From: a virus
DNA length: 57,626 nt
Strand: one strand, 5' to 3'
IMG/VR virus record: IMGVR_UViG_3300045988_064576
The notes beneath the pieces were generated by a model that saw nothing but the letters and a program-made list of their open reading frames with translations, did no database searches and was not told where the DNA came from. Positions 46,269 to 54,598 of the stretch are shown in pieces. Numbering within the stretch: the first letter of the stretch is position 1; the number at the start of each line of letters is the position of its first letter. Both the position numbers and the translations under genes were made by a program.

Positions 46269-48062
46269 TTAATAGCCTCCTGTCCTAAACGGATTTGCCG
46301 TTGCTGTTGCCGTTGCAAGATTATTTGGATTTTCTATAAACATTTCAAGCTGTGTAAGTCCATCGGCAGCATCATCATGTTTGTTCTCTCCAATTGATAC
46401 AAACATAGTCAATTCATCCATAGCCGCTTGATATTCGTCGTTTCTTCGATATCGAACAACGCCTAATTCTGCATCTTTCTGTAACTGATCTTGTGTAACC
46501 TTCTTTGATTCAAGAAAAATAAATTTTCTTTTTATATCGCCAGAATATGCTATGATTTTTGATAGCTTTTCAACTTTGTTTGGTGCCTTCCTGCTTGTAC
46601 ACGAACATTTATATTTCTGGTCTTGTAACCGTTCATCAACATATTGGCAATATAAATCTCCGCCTGTGTTTCCCTCGAATCGTGTTTGCCTTATTCCGTT
46701 TCCTATAATTCTTCCCACCACTAAAGGCAACGTGACCTCTTTTGCTCCTTTATTAAATACCCAATCATAGATATATACATCTCCGTTATCATATTCTGCA
46801 CCAATCGGCATTGATAAACTATCTCCGCCGCCCCATGCAACATCCACAACTCCAATACGGCGAAAATCTCCATCCGGCAATATTCCGTTGAAATATCTTA
46901 ATTCGTCCGTAGGGAAAAGCAATCCTTCACGCACAAATGGTCGCTGCATAAATTTAGCTTCCCACTCTGCCTTATCGAGTTTCTCTCTCATATCTCTGTA
47001 ATATTCCGTAGAAAAACCATTTATTTCATAATCAAAATTACTTTCGTCATTTTCGTCAAGCGCCGGTATTCTCCTAAACCTATACTCTGGATTTCCGTCA
47101 TAAGATTTACGCAATCGTTCCAACGGGTCAAGAACGTTCCATAATGTACCGACCATCAATTCCCTTGCTCCGTCATTTTTACGGTCAACCATCTTATTCA
47201 GATATTCTTGATACGTATTTTCCATTCGAGTAGGGCTAAGGGAATGTTCACGATCTCTTACCAAGTCATCTACGTACAAATATCCGTCTTTTGATACATC
47301 GACCGCTCCTGTCCATGTTCCGTCAATGCCTCGGCAAGTAACTGTTGCAAATCTATCTGGATCTCCTAATGTAATAGTAAACTCATCTGCACTTTTGTCT
47401 GTTACAAGAGATTTATTTGCATATTCTGGATTCCAAAAGAAAAATAATTCATCAAATGCATATTCTTCTGTCGAAAACAAATTCATAAGTTCCTTATAAA
47501 ATCCTTTTGCAAGGATTCCAGAGTGTCCGCCCATTGCAGAGTGGCTATTTGGTCTACGCATTGCAACCCAGGCAAGGAAGAATATACATATTGTTGATTT
47601 TCCGACACGGGATGGCATTGACAAGCCGTAAAATTTGATCTTTCTGTTTTCCAAATCTTCAAGGTCATTTACAACAACCTTCAAAGTCTTTCTTCTTGGA
47701 TAATAAAACCGCTTACTCCAATTACGTTTACGCTCCATGTAATACATAAAGCTCTCAAAATTGTAATAGCTTTCCAATTTTAGAAGTTCATAATATTTGT
47801 CTATTAGGTCATATGGCGTATTATGTTCTTGTGCATATTTCTCTAAATCCCATATAGTTCCGCCTGTTTGTTTCATGCAGAATTGCTCTATAATACCCTT
47901 AGACCGCTTTGTAAGTTGTAACCCATACTCAATATCTTTTTCGCCGTTTATAGCCACCTTACAGGCTTCCACGTAAGCAGATATTACGGATTCATCGACA
48001 AGATGTGTCTTTATAAAATTGTCATATTGATTTACTGTGTTGATTAACTCTTTAGATGCCAT
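46269..48062 (-). CDS. terL: Terminase large subunit
   Basis: SMPSRVGKST ATPase motif; C-terminal nuclease motif NKHDDAADGLTQL; start ATG 48062. Confidence 0.9.
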   Translation of the reverse strand: MASKELINTVNQYDNFIKTHLVDESVISAYVEACKVAINGEKDIEYGLQLTKRSKGIIEQFCMKQTGGTIWDLEKYAQEHNTPYDLIDKYYELLKLESYYNFESFMYYMERKRNWSKRFYYPRRKTLKVVVNDLEDLENRKIKFYGLSMPSRVGKSTICIFFLAWVAMRRPNSHSAMGGHSGILAKGFYKELMNLFSTEEYAFDELFFFWNPEYANKSLVTDKSADEFTITLGDPDRFATVTCRGIDGTWTGAVDVSKDGYLYVDDLVRDREHSLSPTRMENTYQEYLNKMVDRKNDGARELMVGTLWNVLDPLERLRKSYDGNPEYRFRRIPALDENDESNFDYEINGFSTEYYRDMREKLDKAEWEAKFMQRPFVREGLLFPTDELRYFNGILPDGDFRRIGVVDVAWGGGDSLSMPIGAEYDNGDVYIYDWVFNKGAKEVTLPLVVGRIIGNGIRQTRFEGNTGGDLYCQYVDERLQDQKYKCSCTSRKAPNKVEKLSKIIAYSGDIKRKFIFLESKKVTQDQLQKDAELGVVRYRRNDEYQAAMDELTMFVSIGENKHDDAADGLTQLEMFIENPNNLATATATANPFRTGGY

Positions 48063-48170
48063 AAAGAAAAGCACCTCCGCTCATTCAAGCAGAGATGCCG
48101 AAAAGAAATCTCTGCCTATAATTGTTTAAGGTTAGCGACTACAATCAATCTGTGGTCGGTAATGTTTTTA

Positions 48171-48554
48171 TTAAAATTGCATTGTTCCATTGCAATACGG
48201 ATGTAATTTATTCAGAAGCGCATTATAATCATCAATTACATATCTTACCGGAATTGCGTATGCTTTAATGTCATATTTTTCTGCTGTTTCTCTTTCGATC
48301 TGACATCCGCTCCAATCGTAACTCTCATGTATTCCAATAAATACATCAGCCTGCGCCAGCTTCTTAAGGCTTTCACCTAAATACCATACAGCTTCTTTGC
48401 TGTTTTTAGGTTGGTTATCCTCAATGTAGCTGTCGATAAGCTATAATTCCTCACCCTCATATATTTCAGCAATCTTTTTCATCTTCTGAATACTTGCTTT
48501 GATTTCTTCCTCTGTTCTGCCTTTCATTGGCACGCTTACAAATAATTTTTTCAT
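48171..48554 (-). pseudogene. DUF4406/deoxyribosyltransferase-like gene with an in-frame amber codon
   Basis: MKKLFVSVPMKGRTEEEI..GEEL-TAG (48443-48441)-LIDSYIEDN..WSGCQIERETAEKYDIKAY, all in one frame; RBS AAGGAGA. Confidence 0.7.
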
Positions 48555-48572
48555 AGTTTTCTATATCTCCTT

Positions 48573-48803
48573 TCACTTTATACATAACACCTTTTCAGAA
48601 ACTTCAATACATTCTTTTCTCTTCTCATCATTGGTGCATTTACCATTTGCATTGTATCGGCAAGAACTCAGATTGCATTTTTTATTTTCATAAGCATTAT
48701 TTATATTATCAATCCATTCACGAAACGGAACATTATTGATTGTGGCATTGTCTAATGCTTCATCAGACGCTTTTTGCACTATTTTTTGTATTGATATTTT
48801 CAT
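48573..48803 (-). CDS. Hypothetical protein
   Basis: ORF track 76 aa. Confidence 0.4.
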   Translation of the reverse strand: MKISIQKIVQKASDEALDNATINNVPFREWIDNINNAYENKKCNLSSCRYNANGKCTNDEKRKECIEVSEKVLCIK

Positions 48804-49035
48804 TCCTCATAAACCTCTTAAATTCTTTCCTGCACTTAGGGCATAAATCATATTCGCATTTTTTCTCCCATATCCTCATAGGAAATGTTTGTTGTGCCAA
48901 ATCCTTTGCAGTATATATGTTGTTTTCGTTCAAAGGATTGATTTCTTGTGTCTTTACATTTGCATAAAATTCGTCGTATCGTATTATTTCTTTGCCGCAT
49001 CTATCGCAAGTGTGCCATTCTTTTTCATGTTTCAT
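48763..49035 (-). CDS. Zinc-ribbon protein
   Basis: Start ATG 49035 after GAGGGA; CDRCGKE..CPKC. Confidence 0.5.
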   Translation of the reverse strand: MKHEKEWHTCDRCGKEIIRYDEFYANVKTQEINPLNENNIYTAKDLAQQTFPMRIWEKKCEYDLCPKCRKEFKRFMRNENINTKNSAKSV

Positions 49036-49048
49036 ATAATTCCCTCGC

Positions 49049-49249
49049 TTATAAATCAAGTTTATTCAAATAATCTGTTCCGCTATTTTTGAGTGCCTTG
49101 CTGATGCCGTTAATCATATTAGCTATTGTCTGTTCGACTTCCTTTATCTTTTCAACGTCTCCACCGCATTGTAATGATAAATATCTTTTCTGCCAAACGC
49201 TTGCATTTACAACTATATTATTGTGGACATCTTTCTGTGTAACCATCAT
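49049..49249 (-). CDS. Hypothetical protein
   Basis: Start set to ATG 49249 (MMVTQKD). Confidence 0.4.
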   Translation of the reverse strand: MMVTQKDVHNNIVVNASVWQKRYLSLQCGGDVEKIKEVEQTIANMINGISKALKNSGTDYLNKLDL

Positions 49250-49260
49250 TCCACCGCCTT

Positions 49261-49608
49261 TTAAATCAACCCTAGCATCCATAAAATATCAAATACTGAT
49301 ATTTCCTCCGCACCCTCTCTTGTGTGCATAAGAATATCTTTAAGTTTTTCATTTTCTGCATTGCTGTATTTATCTTTGTTATACGCTTCTGAAAAACAAT
49401 AATATTTGCAATATCCATAGCCTACCCCAAGTCTGTTGCCGTAAATGCTCTTCCCGACAATATCGTAATATTTTGGCACTTTTAAAATATTGTGTTTTTC
49501 ATCTAGGGTACATTCCTTTTGTTCTGATTCTAGTTTTGATTGAAGATTTTTCAGAAAACTTCGTATATTCTGTTCTGATTTTGAAATATATAAAATAGTT
49601 TCATTCAT
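49261..49608 (-). CDS. Hypothetical protein
   Basis: ORF track 115 aa. Confidence 0.45.
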   Translation of the reverse strand: MNETILYISKSEQNIRSFLKNLQSKLESEQKECTLDEKHNILKVPKYYDIVGKSIYGNRLGVGYGYCKYYCFSEAYNKDKYSNAENEKLKDILMHTREGAEEISVFDILWMLGLI

Positions 49609-49832
49609 TCTTTCACCAACTTTCTACCGCATATCGGGCAATAATTGATATCCACGTTTCCGTAATATGCATCATCCTCATAATGATATTTATTGAACCC
49701 ATAAAAGCAAAGTTTATCGTCGATATAGCATAAAATAATTTTTTCTCTCGCAAAACCTATTTCTGTACACTCTATCTCTTCACCGTATGATATTCTTTTT
49801 ATATCTTTGCAAAAATCACACATATCCCTCAC
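49605..49832 (-). CDS. Hypothetical Cys-rich protein
   Basis: ORF track 75 aa; CDFC..CPICG. Confidence 0.45.
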   Translation of the reverse strand: MRDMCDFCKDIKRISYGEEIECTEIGFAREKIILCYIDDKLCFYGFNKYHYEDDAYYGNVDINYCPICGRKLVKE

Positions 49833-49834
49833 TC

Positions 49835-50683
49835 TTATATCCGTTTCATGTAAATATTCTCTCTGATCTTCCCGGAAAAGAAATGCTGCAAGCTCTTAGA
49901 CACGAGCCTGCCATTCATCTTGTAGTCGGTTGCGAAGTAATCATCAATCATCCACATATAATCTTCTGCTTCACAATCAACTACTTTACCGGTCGGATGG
50001 AAATATGCATCGACGATACTCTTAATTGCGCTGTCTGATACGTCTATATGCCTTATATCCGATTCTTCTTCGTATCTGCTGATAAAATATTGAATAATGT
50101 TTCTAAGTTCGATTATACGGCTTCCTGGCGTGTTCGGTTCTGTATATTTACTAACAAGGTTCGGAACATCATCAATTCGATATTTAACATTGCTTTGCCC
50201 AACCGCCTTTTCGGGAGAAAAGCATGAACTACCTTTTCCTTTAGGAAAAGCATAAGATGTATCAGTATTTTGTTTTTTAGTATTTAATTCATTAGTATTT
50301 ATTTGTACTTGATTCTCTACCCCTAGAAATTCAGTAGGTAGATTTTCTGTGGGTTGTTTTTTACCATTCTGTATTTCGTTATCTCGAGGGGTCTCATATA
50401 CTTCATAATTATATTTTATTCTACCTCCATTCATTTTTGTTGGGTTTTCTTTTTTGACAATAATATATCCAAAATCTTTTAATTCATTGATCGAAGATTT
50501 TATTGCAGTTTCGTTTTCTTTACATATCTTGCATAAACCAGCAATCGAATATTCCCAATCATCCGGTAAAGAAAGCATCATAGACAATAAACCTTTTGAT
50601 TTCAAGCTAAGGTTTTTGTCTCTAAGATGCACATTGCTCATTACTGTAAAATTCTTACTTTTATGTACTCTTATTACTGACAT
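49835..50683 (-). CDS. Winged-helix DNA-binding protein (replication-initiator-like N-terminus)
   Basis: Start ATG 50683 after GGAGGTG; FTVMSNVHLRDKNLSLKSKGLLSMMLSLPDDWEYS. Confidence 0.55.
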   Translation of the reverse strand: MSVIRVHKSKNFTVMSNVHLRDKNLSLKSKGLLSMMLSLPDDWEYSIAGLCKICKENETAIKSSINELKDFGYIIVKKENPTKMNGGRIKYNYEVYETPRDNEIQNGKKQPTENLPTEFLGVENQVQINTNELNTKKQNTDTSYAFPKGKGSSCFSPEKAVGQSNVKYRIDDVPNLVSKYTEPNTPGSRIIELRNIIQYFISRYEEESDIRHIDVSDSAIKSIVDAYFHPTGKVVDCEAEDYMWMIDDYFATDYKMNGRLVSKSLQHFFSGKIRENIYMKRI

Positions 50684-50699
50684 ACAAATACACCTCCAT

Positions 50700-51473
50700 T
50701 CACATAACAATATCGTGAAACTTCTTGTGGCAATCGGAACAAAGAACTATTAAATCTTTATCTGCAACACTTCTTATGTGTTCTTCCCCGTGTCGATCGT
50801 ATTTTTTATGGTGTACTTGAAGAATTATTCCTTTTTTAGAACATAACTCACATGAATAATTGGACTTTTTTAATTTGTAATTCCTTACTCCTTCCCAATA
50901 AGGAGTTTCCAGGAAGTCGCTATATTTCAATTCTTTTACGCTTTTCTCAACCATATTATCGTCGAGCCAATATTTATCCCAAAATCCATTTTTCATTATG
51001 ATTGATATCTTTTGATTAGCTTTAAGCCCTTTTAGAAACTCTCTGTTTGGGTTTACGTAATAATTTATATATTTCATTGTTTCTGATCTATATTGAGCTT
51101 TACAATCTTCTGTATATTTGTCGCGTTCTTCTTTTTCCTTACGCTTTATTTCATCTTTGCATTTTTCGCAAAAAGAAATGTTTTTATTAACAGATCCGTC
51201 TCTTACAGATCTTACAATTTCAACAACTCTTGTTTTTGAGGCATTCTCGCTGTATTCGCATCCACATTTTTTGCAATGCAGTTTGACTATATAAAACGAT
51301 TCTTCCTTTTTTGGATTTTTATCATATTTGTAAAATGCATTCAACATGTCATTTGTTTTTGCCTTTGCTAATAAATCCAATAATTCTGAATCAATACAAT
51401 CTCCTCGCATTATCAACCTTTTATCTTTCCCATTGTTAGGGAAAATTATTGATTTTATAAACTCTATATCCAT
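50700..51473 (-). CDS. HNH endonuclease
   Basis: C-terminal CELC..VHHKKY..CSDCHKKFH; start ATG 51473. Confidence 0.8.
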   Translation of the reverse strand: MDIEFIKSIIFPNNGKDKRLIMRGDCIDSELLDLLAKAKTNDMLNAFYKYDKNPKKEESFYIVKLHCKKCGCEYSENASKTRVVEIVRSVRDGSVNKNISFCEKCKDEIKRKEKEERDKYTEDCKAQYRSETMKYINYYVNPNREFLKGLKANQKISIIMKNGFWDKYWLDDNMVEKSVKELKYSDFLETPYWEGVRNYKLKKSNYSCELCSKKGIILQVHHKKYDRHGEEHIRSVADKDLIVLCSDCHKKFHDIVM

Positions 51474-51573
51474 AATCAATACCTCCGCTTGATATTATTC
51501 CGCTAAAACAATAAATCCAGCAAACAGGCACAGCGGAAGTGCTTTTCGGTAGCTAACCTAGTTTGCTGTTAAA

Positions 51574-51663
51574 TGGAGAAGATAGGAATTGAACCTATAA
51601 TGTTTACCGCGTGGGAACAGATTTACAGTCTGCCGCAACACCACCAATCGTTGCCGCTTCTCC
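51574..51663 (-). tRNA. tRNA-Tyr (GTA), class II
   Basis: Acceptor GGAGAAG/CTTCTCC; anticodon arm GCAGA-CTGTAAA-TCTGT; long variable region; T arm ATAGG-TTCAATT-CCTAT. Confidence 0.7.
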
Positions 51664-52052
51664 ATGTGCGGTTTCCGATGCAGACATTGTAACCGGTGTG
51701 GTATGCCATGCATCGACATTTTTAATTTCGGCAGGGAATACCGCAACGCCTGCCTATCCGGTTGCGAACCGGACTCTTGATGCGGTGTGGATTTGCACCA
51801 CACATGAAATTCCGTTAGTTAGTCTGCACCTACGAATAGGGAAAAATGGATTTTTATTTTCTAACGGATTTATTGGTGTAATTGCTTACAGCTTTTTACC
51901 AGACTTGTTAATAGCAATTCTTGTCGCACACCTTTTTCTTAACCATTGATTAGCGTTTACCTATTTCGCCACGCATCAACTCACATACAGGTTGGTTTTA
52001 GGATAATACAGATAACCAACAACTATATTTCCATTTCACTTGTATGTGAGAA

Positions 52053-52137
52053 CGCCGACATCGTGAATCGAACACGAACAACATTTATATGTTGGATAGC
52101 TTAGCAAGCTATTGGAATACCATTATCCCATATCGGC
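52053..52137 (-). tRNA. tRNA-Ser (GCT), class II
   Basis: Acceptor GCCGATA/TGTCGGC; anticodon arm ATAGC-TTGCTAA-GCTAT; variable arm CAACAT-ATAA-ATGTTG; T arm TCGTG-TTCGATT-CACGA. Confidence 0.85.
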
Positions 52138-52204
52138 AAAACACCGCCTGTTACGGTATGCACATCCGAAAATGTGCATGGTTGGATTCCACAACATTGG
52201 GAGA

Positions 52205-52228
52205 ACAAAAAATGCCCCTTTGCAAGGG
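52205..52228 (-). terminator. Terminator inside the tRNA array
   Basis: Minus sense CCCTT-GCA-AAGGG, followed by GCATTTTTTG. Confidence 0.5.
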
Positions 52229-52229
52229 A

Positions 52230-52303
52230 ATCGACACGGAAGACTCGAACTCCACCTATATCGCAATATGCGAATTATGCTAGCCAATTACACTACATGT
52301 CGA
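52230..52303 (-). ncRNA. Aberrant tRNA-like element (no canonical anticodon arm)
   Basis: Acceptor TCGACAT/GTGTCGA and T loop TTCGAGT fit a 74-nt tRNA. The centre only folds as TCGC-ATATT-GCGA. Confidence 0.4.
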
Positions 52304-52495
52304 AGCGACTTTTTTCGCCGCGGGTTAGTCGAAATTGTGTGGCGCACGCGTGAACACCACGCAAAATCCAAGACTGTTCGTTAGTCAATTATCGCGAATC
52401 AGTGACATAGAATCAGACAAGATATTACATTCACAACCCGATAAAAAATAGTTTGTTGCGTCAAAACGTATTCCTGGGTATGCAGGTTGTGAAAT

Positions 52496-52579
52496 ACGAA
52501 GCACCCGGAATCGAACCGGAATTTACGGGAAAACGTGGGGTGTGTAAAACCGTATGATCTGCCATTGATCTATACTTCG
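52496..52579 (-). ncRNA. tRNA-like element with a 21-nt anticodon loop
   Basis: Acceptor CGAAGTA/TGCTTCG; D arm GATC-AATGGCA-GATC; T arm TCCGG-TTCGATT-CCGGG. Stem TACGG/CCGTA encloses TTTTACACACCCCACGTTTTC. Confidence 0.4.
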
Positions 52580-52769
52580 TGTGCGCATCCTTCTTGTGGA
52601 GGGAAAATGCGCAAAGGAGAAATGTGTGTTCCCCATGGGATAAATGGGTTTATACGTGCCGGCATTCAACCGGCAAAACCCACCGAGCCTTGTGACGGCT
52701 CTTTAATCAGCATTCCGCTAGTGGGTTACGAAAGGAGGATTCCAAAATGAAAAACATTAAGAATCCAAA

Positions 52770-52841
52770 CTGCCCTAGTTGGATTCGAACCAACAAATGC
52801 AGGAGTCAAAGTCCTGTGCCTTACCCTTTGGCGATAGAGCA
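52770..52841 (-). tRNA. tRNA-Gln (TTG)
   Basis: U1:A72 acceptor TGCTCTA/TAGGGCA; anticodon arm CAGGA-CTTTGAC-TCCTG; T arm GTTGG-TTCGAAT-CCAAC. Confidence 0.85.
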
Positions 52842-52850
52842 TAAAAACGC

Positions 52851-53444
52851 TTATGCAGCGTATTCTGACAAAATCCTGTCTAAAGTCGGTCGTGATACAC
52901 CGATATTCTTCGCAAATGCAGACTTTGTGATCTTACCGGACCGGTAAAGAATCAAATTGCTATCAAGCAATTCACTATCTACAGTTTTCTTTGTGCCACC
53001 CTTGTATTTTCCTTCTTTCTTTGCGATGGCAATTCCTTCTGCCTGTCTCTCTCTGATATGTTCTCGTTCAAGATTCGCAACATAAGAAAGAATCTGCAAT
53101 ACCAGATCAGCGATAAATGTATCTGTCAAGTCTCCGGTTCTTCCGATAGTCGTGTCAAGCAACGGCATATCGAGGACCTTAATATCTGCTTTAATCGTCT
53201 TAGTAATTCTTCGCCATTCATCCATGATTTCATCATAGTTTCTACCGAGCCGGTCGATAGACAGAACAATCAAAACATCATCGCTTGTTAAGTTGGCAAT
53301 CATAGTCTGATAATCAGGTCTTTCAAAGTCCTTACCAGATAACTTGTCAGTGTAAATCTTTTCACATCCAGCATTTGTAAGTGCTTCTAACTGTCTTGCA
53401 AGGTTCTGTTCCTTGGTTGACACTCTCGCATAACCTATAATCAT
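52851..53444 (-). CDS. Small serine recombinase (resolvase/invertase family)
   Basis: MIIGYARVSTKEQ..DRLGRN..C-terminal HTH. Start ATG 53444 after AAGGGG; the ORF-track N-terminal extension runs into the repeats. Confidence 0.85.
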   Translation of the reverse strand: MIIGYARVSTKEQNLARQLEALTNAGCEKIYTDKLSGKDFERPDYQTMIANLTSDDVLIVLSIDRLGRNYDEIMDEWRRITKTIKADIKVLDMPLLDTTIGRTGDLTDTFIADLVLQILSYVANLEREHIRERQAEGIAIAKKEGKYKGGTKKTVDSELLDSNLILYRSGKITKSAFAKNIGVSRPTLDRILSEYAA

Positions 53445-53486
53445 AAATACACACCCCTTATCTTTAATTGATATGGGTATTATATC

Positions 53487-53561
53487 ATATGTTGTATTGA
53501 TTTTCAATACATTTCAATACATTTCAATACATTTCAATACATTGTATCGACTTTCAATACA
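53487..53561. repeat. TCAATACA operator array: one inverted copy plus five direct copies (four in 10-bp tandem)
   Basis: tgtattga (53487-94), then ttcaatacat x4 (53501-41) and a fifth copy at 53552-61. Overlaps the -35 of the recombinase promoter TTGAAA-17-TATAAT. Confidence 0.9.
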
Positions 53562-53617
53562 ATTTTGTTTGATTTTTCATTGTCTGTATGTTATCATCAA
53601 TGCAGGAGGTGCATATT

Positions 53618-53764
53618 ATGCCGAATGATATAAAATATAGTCCGTTTGCAATAAGGCTTCCGTCCGATCTTCGCAAAGAGCTTGAAGATAAAGCAAACGC
53701 CGAAAGCAGATCGCTATCTAACCTTATCGTAAGAATCTTGGAAGAGTGGGTTCAGAATAATTAA
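53618..53764 (+). CDS. Ribbon-helix-helix (CopG/Arc-like) regulator, divergent from the recombinase
   Basis: RBS AGGAGG; MPNDIKYSPFAIRLPSDLRKELEDKANAESRSLSNLIVRILEEWV. Confidence 0.65.
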   Translation: MPNDIKYSPFAIRLPSDLRKELEDKANAESRSLSNLIVRILEEWVQNN

Positions 53765-53784
53765 GTCGCAAATCAGCGGCTTTT

Positions 53785-54039
53785 TTATTTTTCCGACAAC
53801 TCGATATATTTATCCAGATACCACTTTGCTTTTTTGATGTCTTCAACGCCATTTTTGTTATTGTGACGGTAGATGTACTTAAAAGCATTGCACACGCAGA
53901 AGTCCATAACAGCTTCTTTTCCTTGTGTTTCTATCATAACGTCGATGCACTCAAAGTCCCCTGTCTCATAATGCGACGGATGATTGACATTATCTGTTAC
54001 AGTTCTTGTTATTACTCCACATTCGTTCATCATATCCAC
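53785..54039 (-). CDS. DUF3310-family protein
   Basis: HPSHY..ECIDV..NAFKYIYR..KAKWYL. Confidence 0.6.
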   Translation of the reverse strand: MDMMNECGVITRTVTDNVNHPSHYETGDFECIDVMIETQGKEAVMDFCVCNAFKYIYRHNNKNGVEDIKKAKWYLDKYIELSEK

Positions 54040-54215
54040 CTCTTAACTATCCGTATTGCGTATACGTGAGATAAAATCCACTTTGCAATCGTTGACACCG
54101 GGTTTCCGTCATATTCCTGCCTCGAATACAGAGAAACAAGGTAAATCCGGTCTGTGATTCTGCAAACCTTATATCCTGTAGAACGGAGCCGGTGTATGTC
54201 TCGATACGTTATCAT
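54030..54215 (-). CDS. Hypothetical protein
   Basis: Start ATG 54215 (ATGA overlap). Confidence 0.3.
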   Translation of the reverse strand: MITYRDIHRLRSTGYKVCRITDRIYLVSLYSRQEYDGNPVSTIAKWILSHVYAIRIVKRWI

Positions 54216-54598
54216 GCTTCTTCTACCTCGTCTCCCCACAGCTCCAGATACTTCTGAACATCATGCTCACCGATTGTCATCTTTGCATAATCTTCATTTA
54301 CATGAATAATATTTGAATATTTAACATTCGTCTGACAAATATATTTATTGGAATCCAAGCTGAACCATGTGTTATTGTCAATATCTCTATTGCACCGAAA
54401 CCATCTTCCGTTTTTAGTCCTGAACAATGCAAAACCATCAGAATATGAATCTTGCCAACTAATAATCTGTTCGGAATCCTTTGTGCTATATCGGAGGCCC
54501 TTAGAAATAATCTCTGCGTGTGTAACGTCTGTTTGAGATTCAAACTCTCTGCGAATTACAGGTGTTTCTTTTTCTTTCTTCTTCCTTAAAAACCACAT
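54212..54598 (-). CDS. Hypothetical protein
   Basis: ORF track 128 aa. Confidence 0.5.
   Translation of the reverse strand: MWFLRKKKEKETPVIRREFESQTDVTHAEIISKGLRYSTKDSEQIISWQDSYSDGFALFRTKNGRWFRCNRDIDNNTWFSLDSNKYICQTNVKYSNIIHVNEDYAKMTIGEHDVQKYLELWGDEVEEA

Noticed and set aside
48441-48443. Genome-wide TAG reassignment (stop-codon recoding) suggested by the in-frame amber codon and the tRNA array
   Set aside because: TAG terminates many clearly complete genes here, with stops at 2568, 4490, 5265, 6786, 9701, 14895 and 30362. Long ORFs are intact under the standard code, and no CTA-anticodon tRNA could be drawn.
52089-52947. Plus-strand ORFs of 64-90 aa across the tRNA region
   Set aside because: They overlap clear minus-strand tRNAs and hairpins, lack RBS, and have odd Cys/Arg/His-rich composition typical of translated structured RNA.
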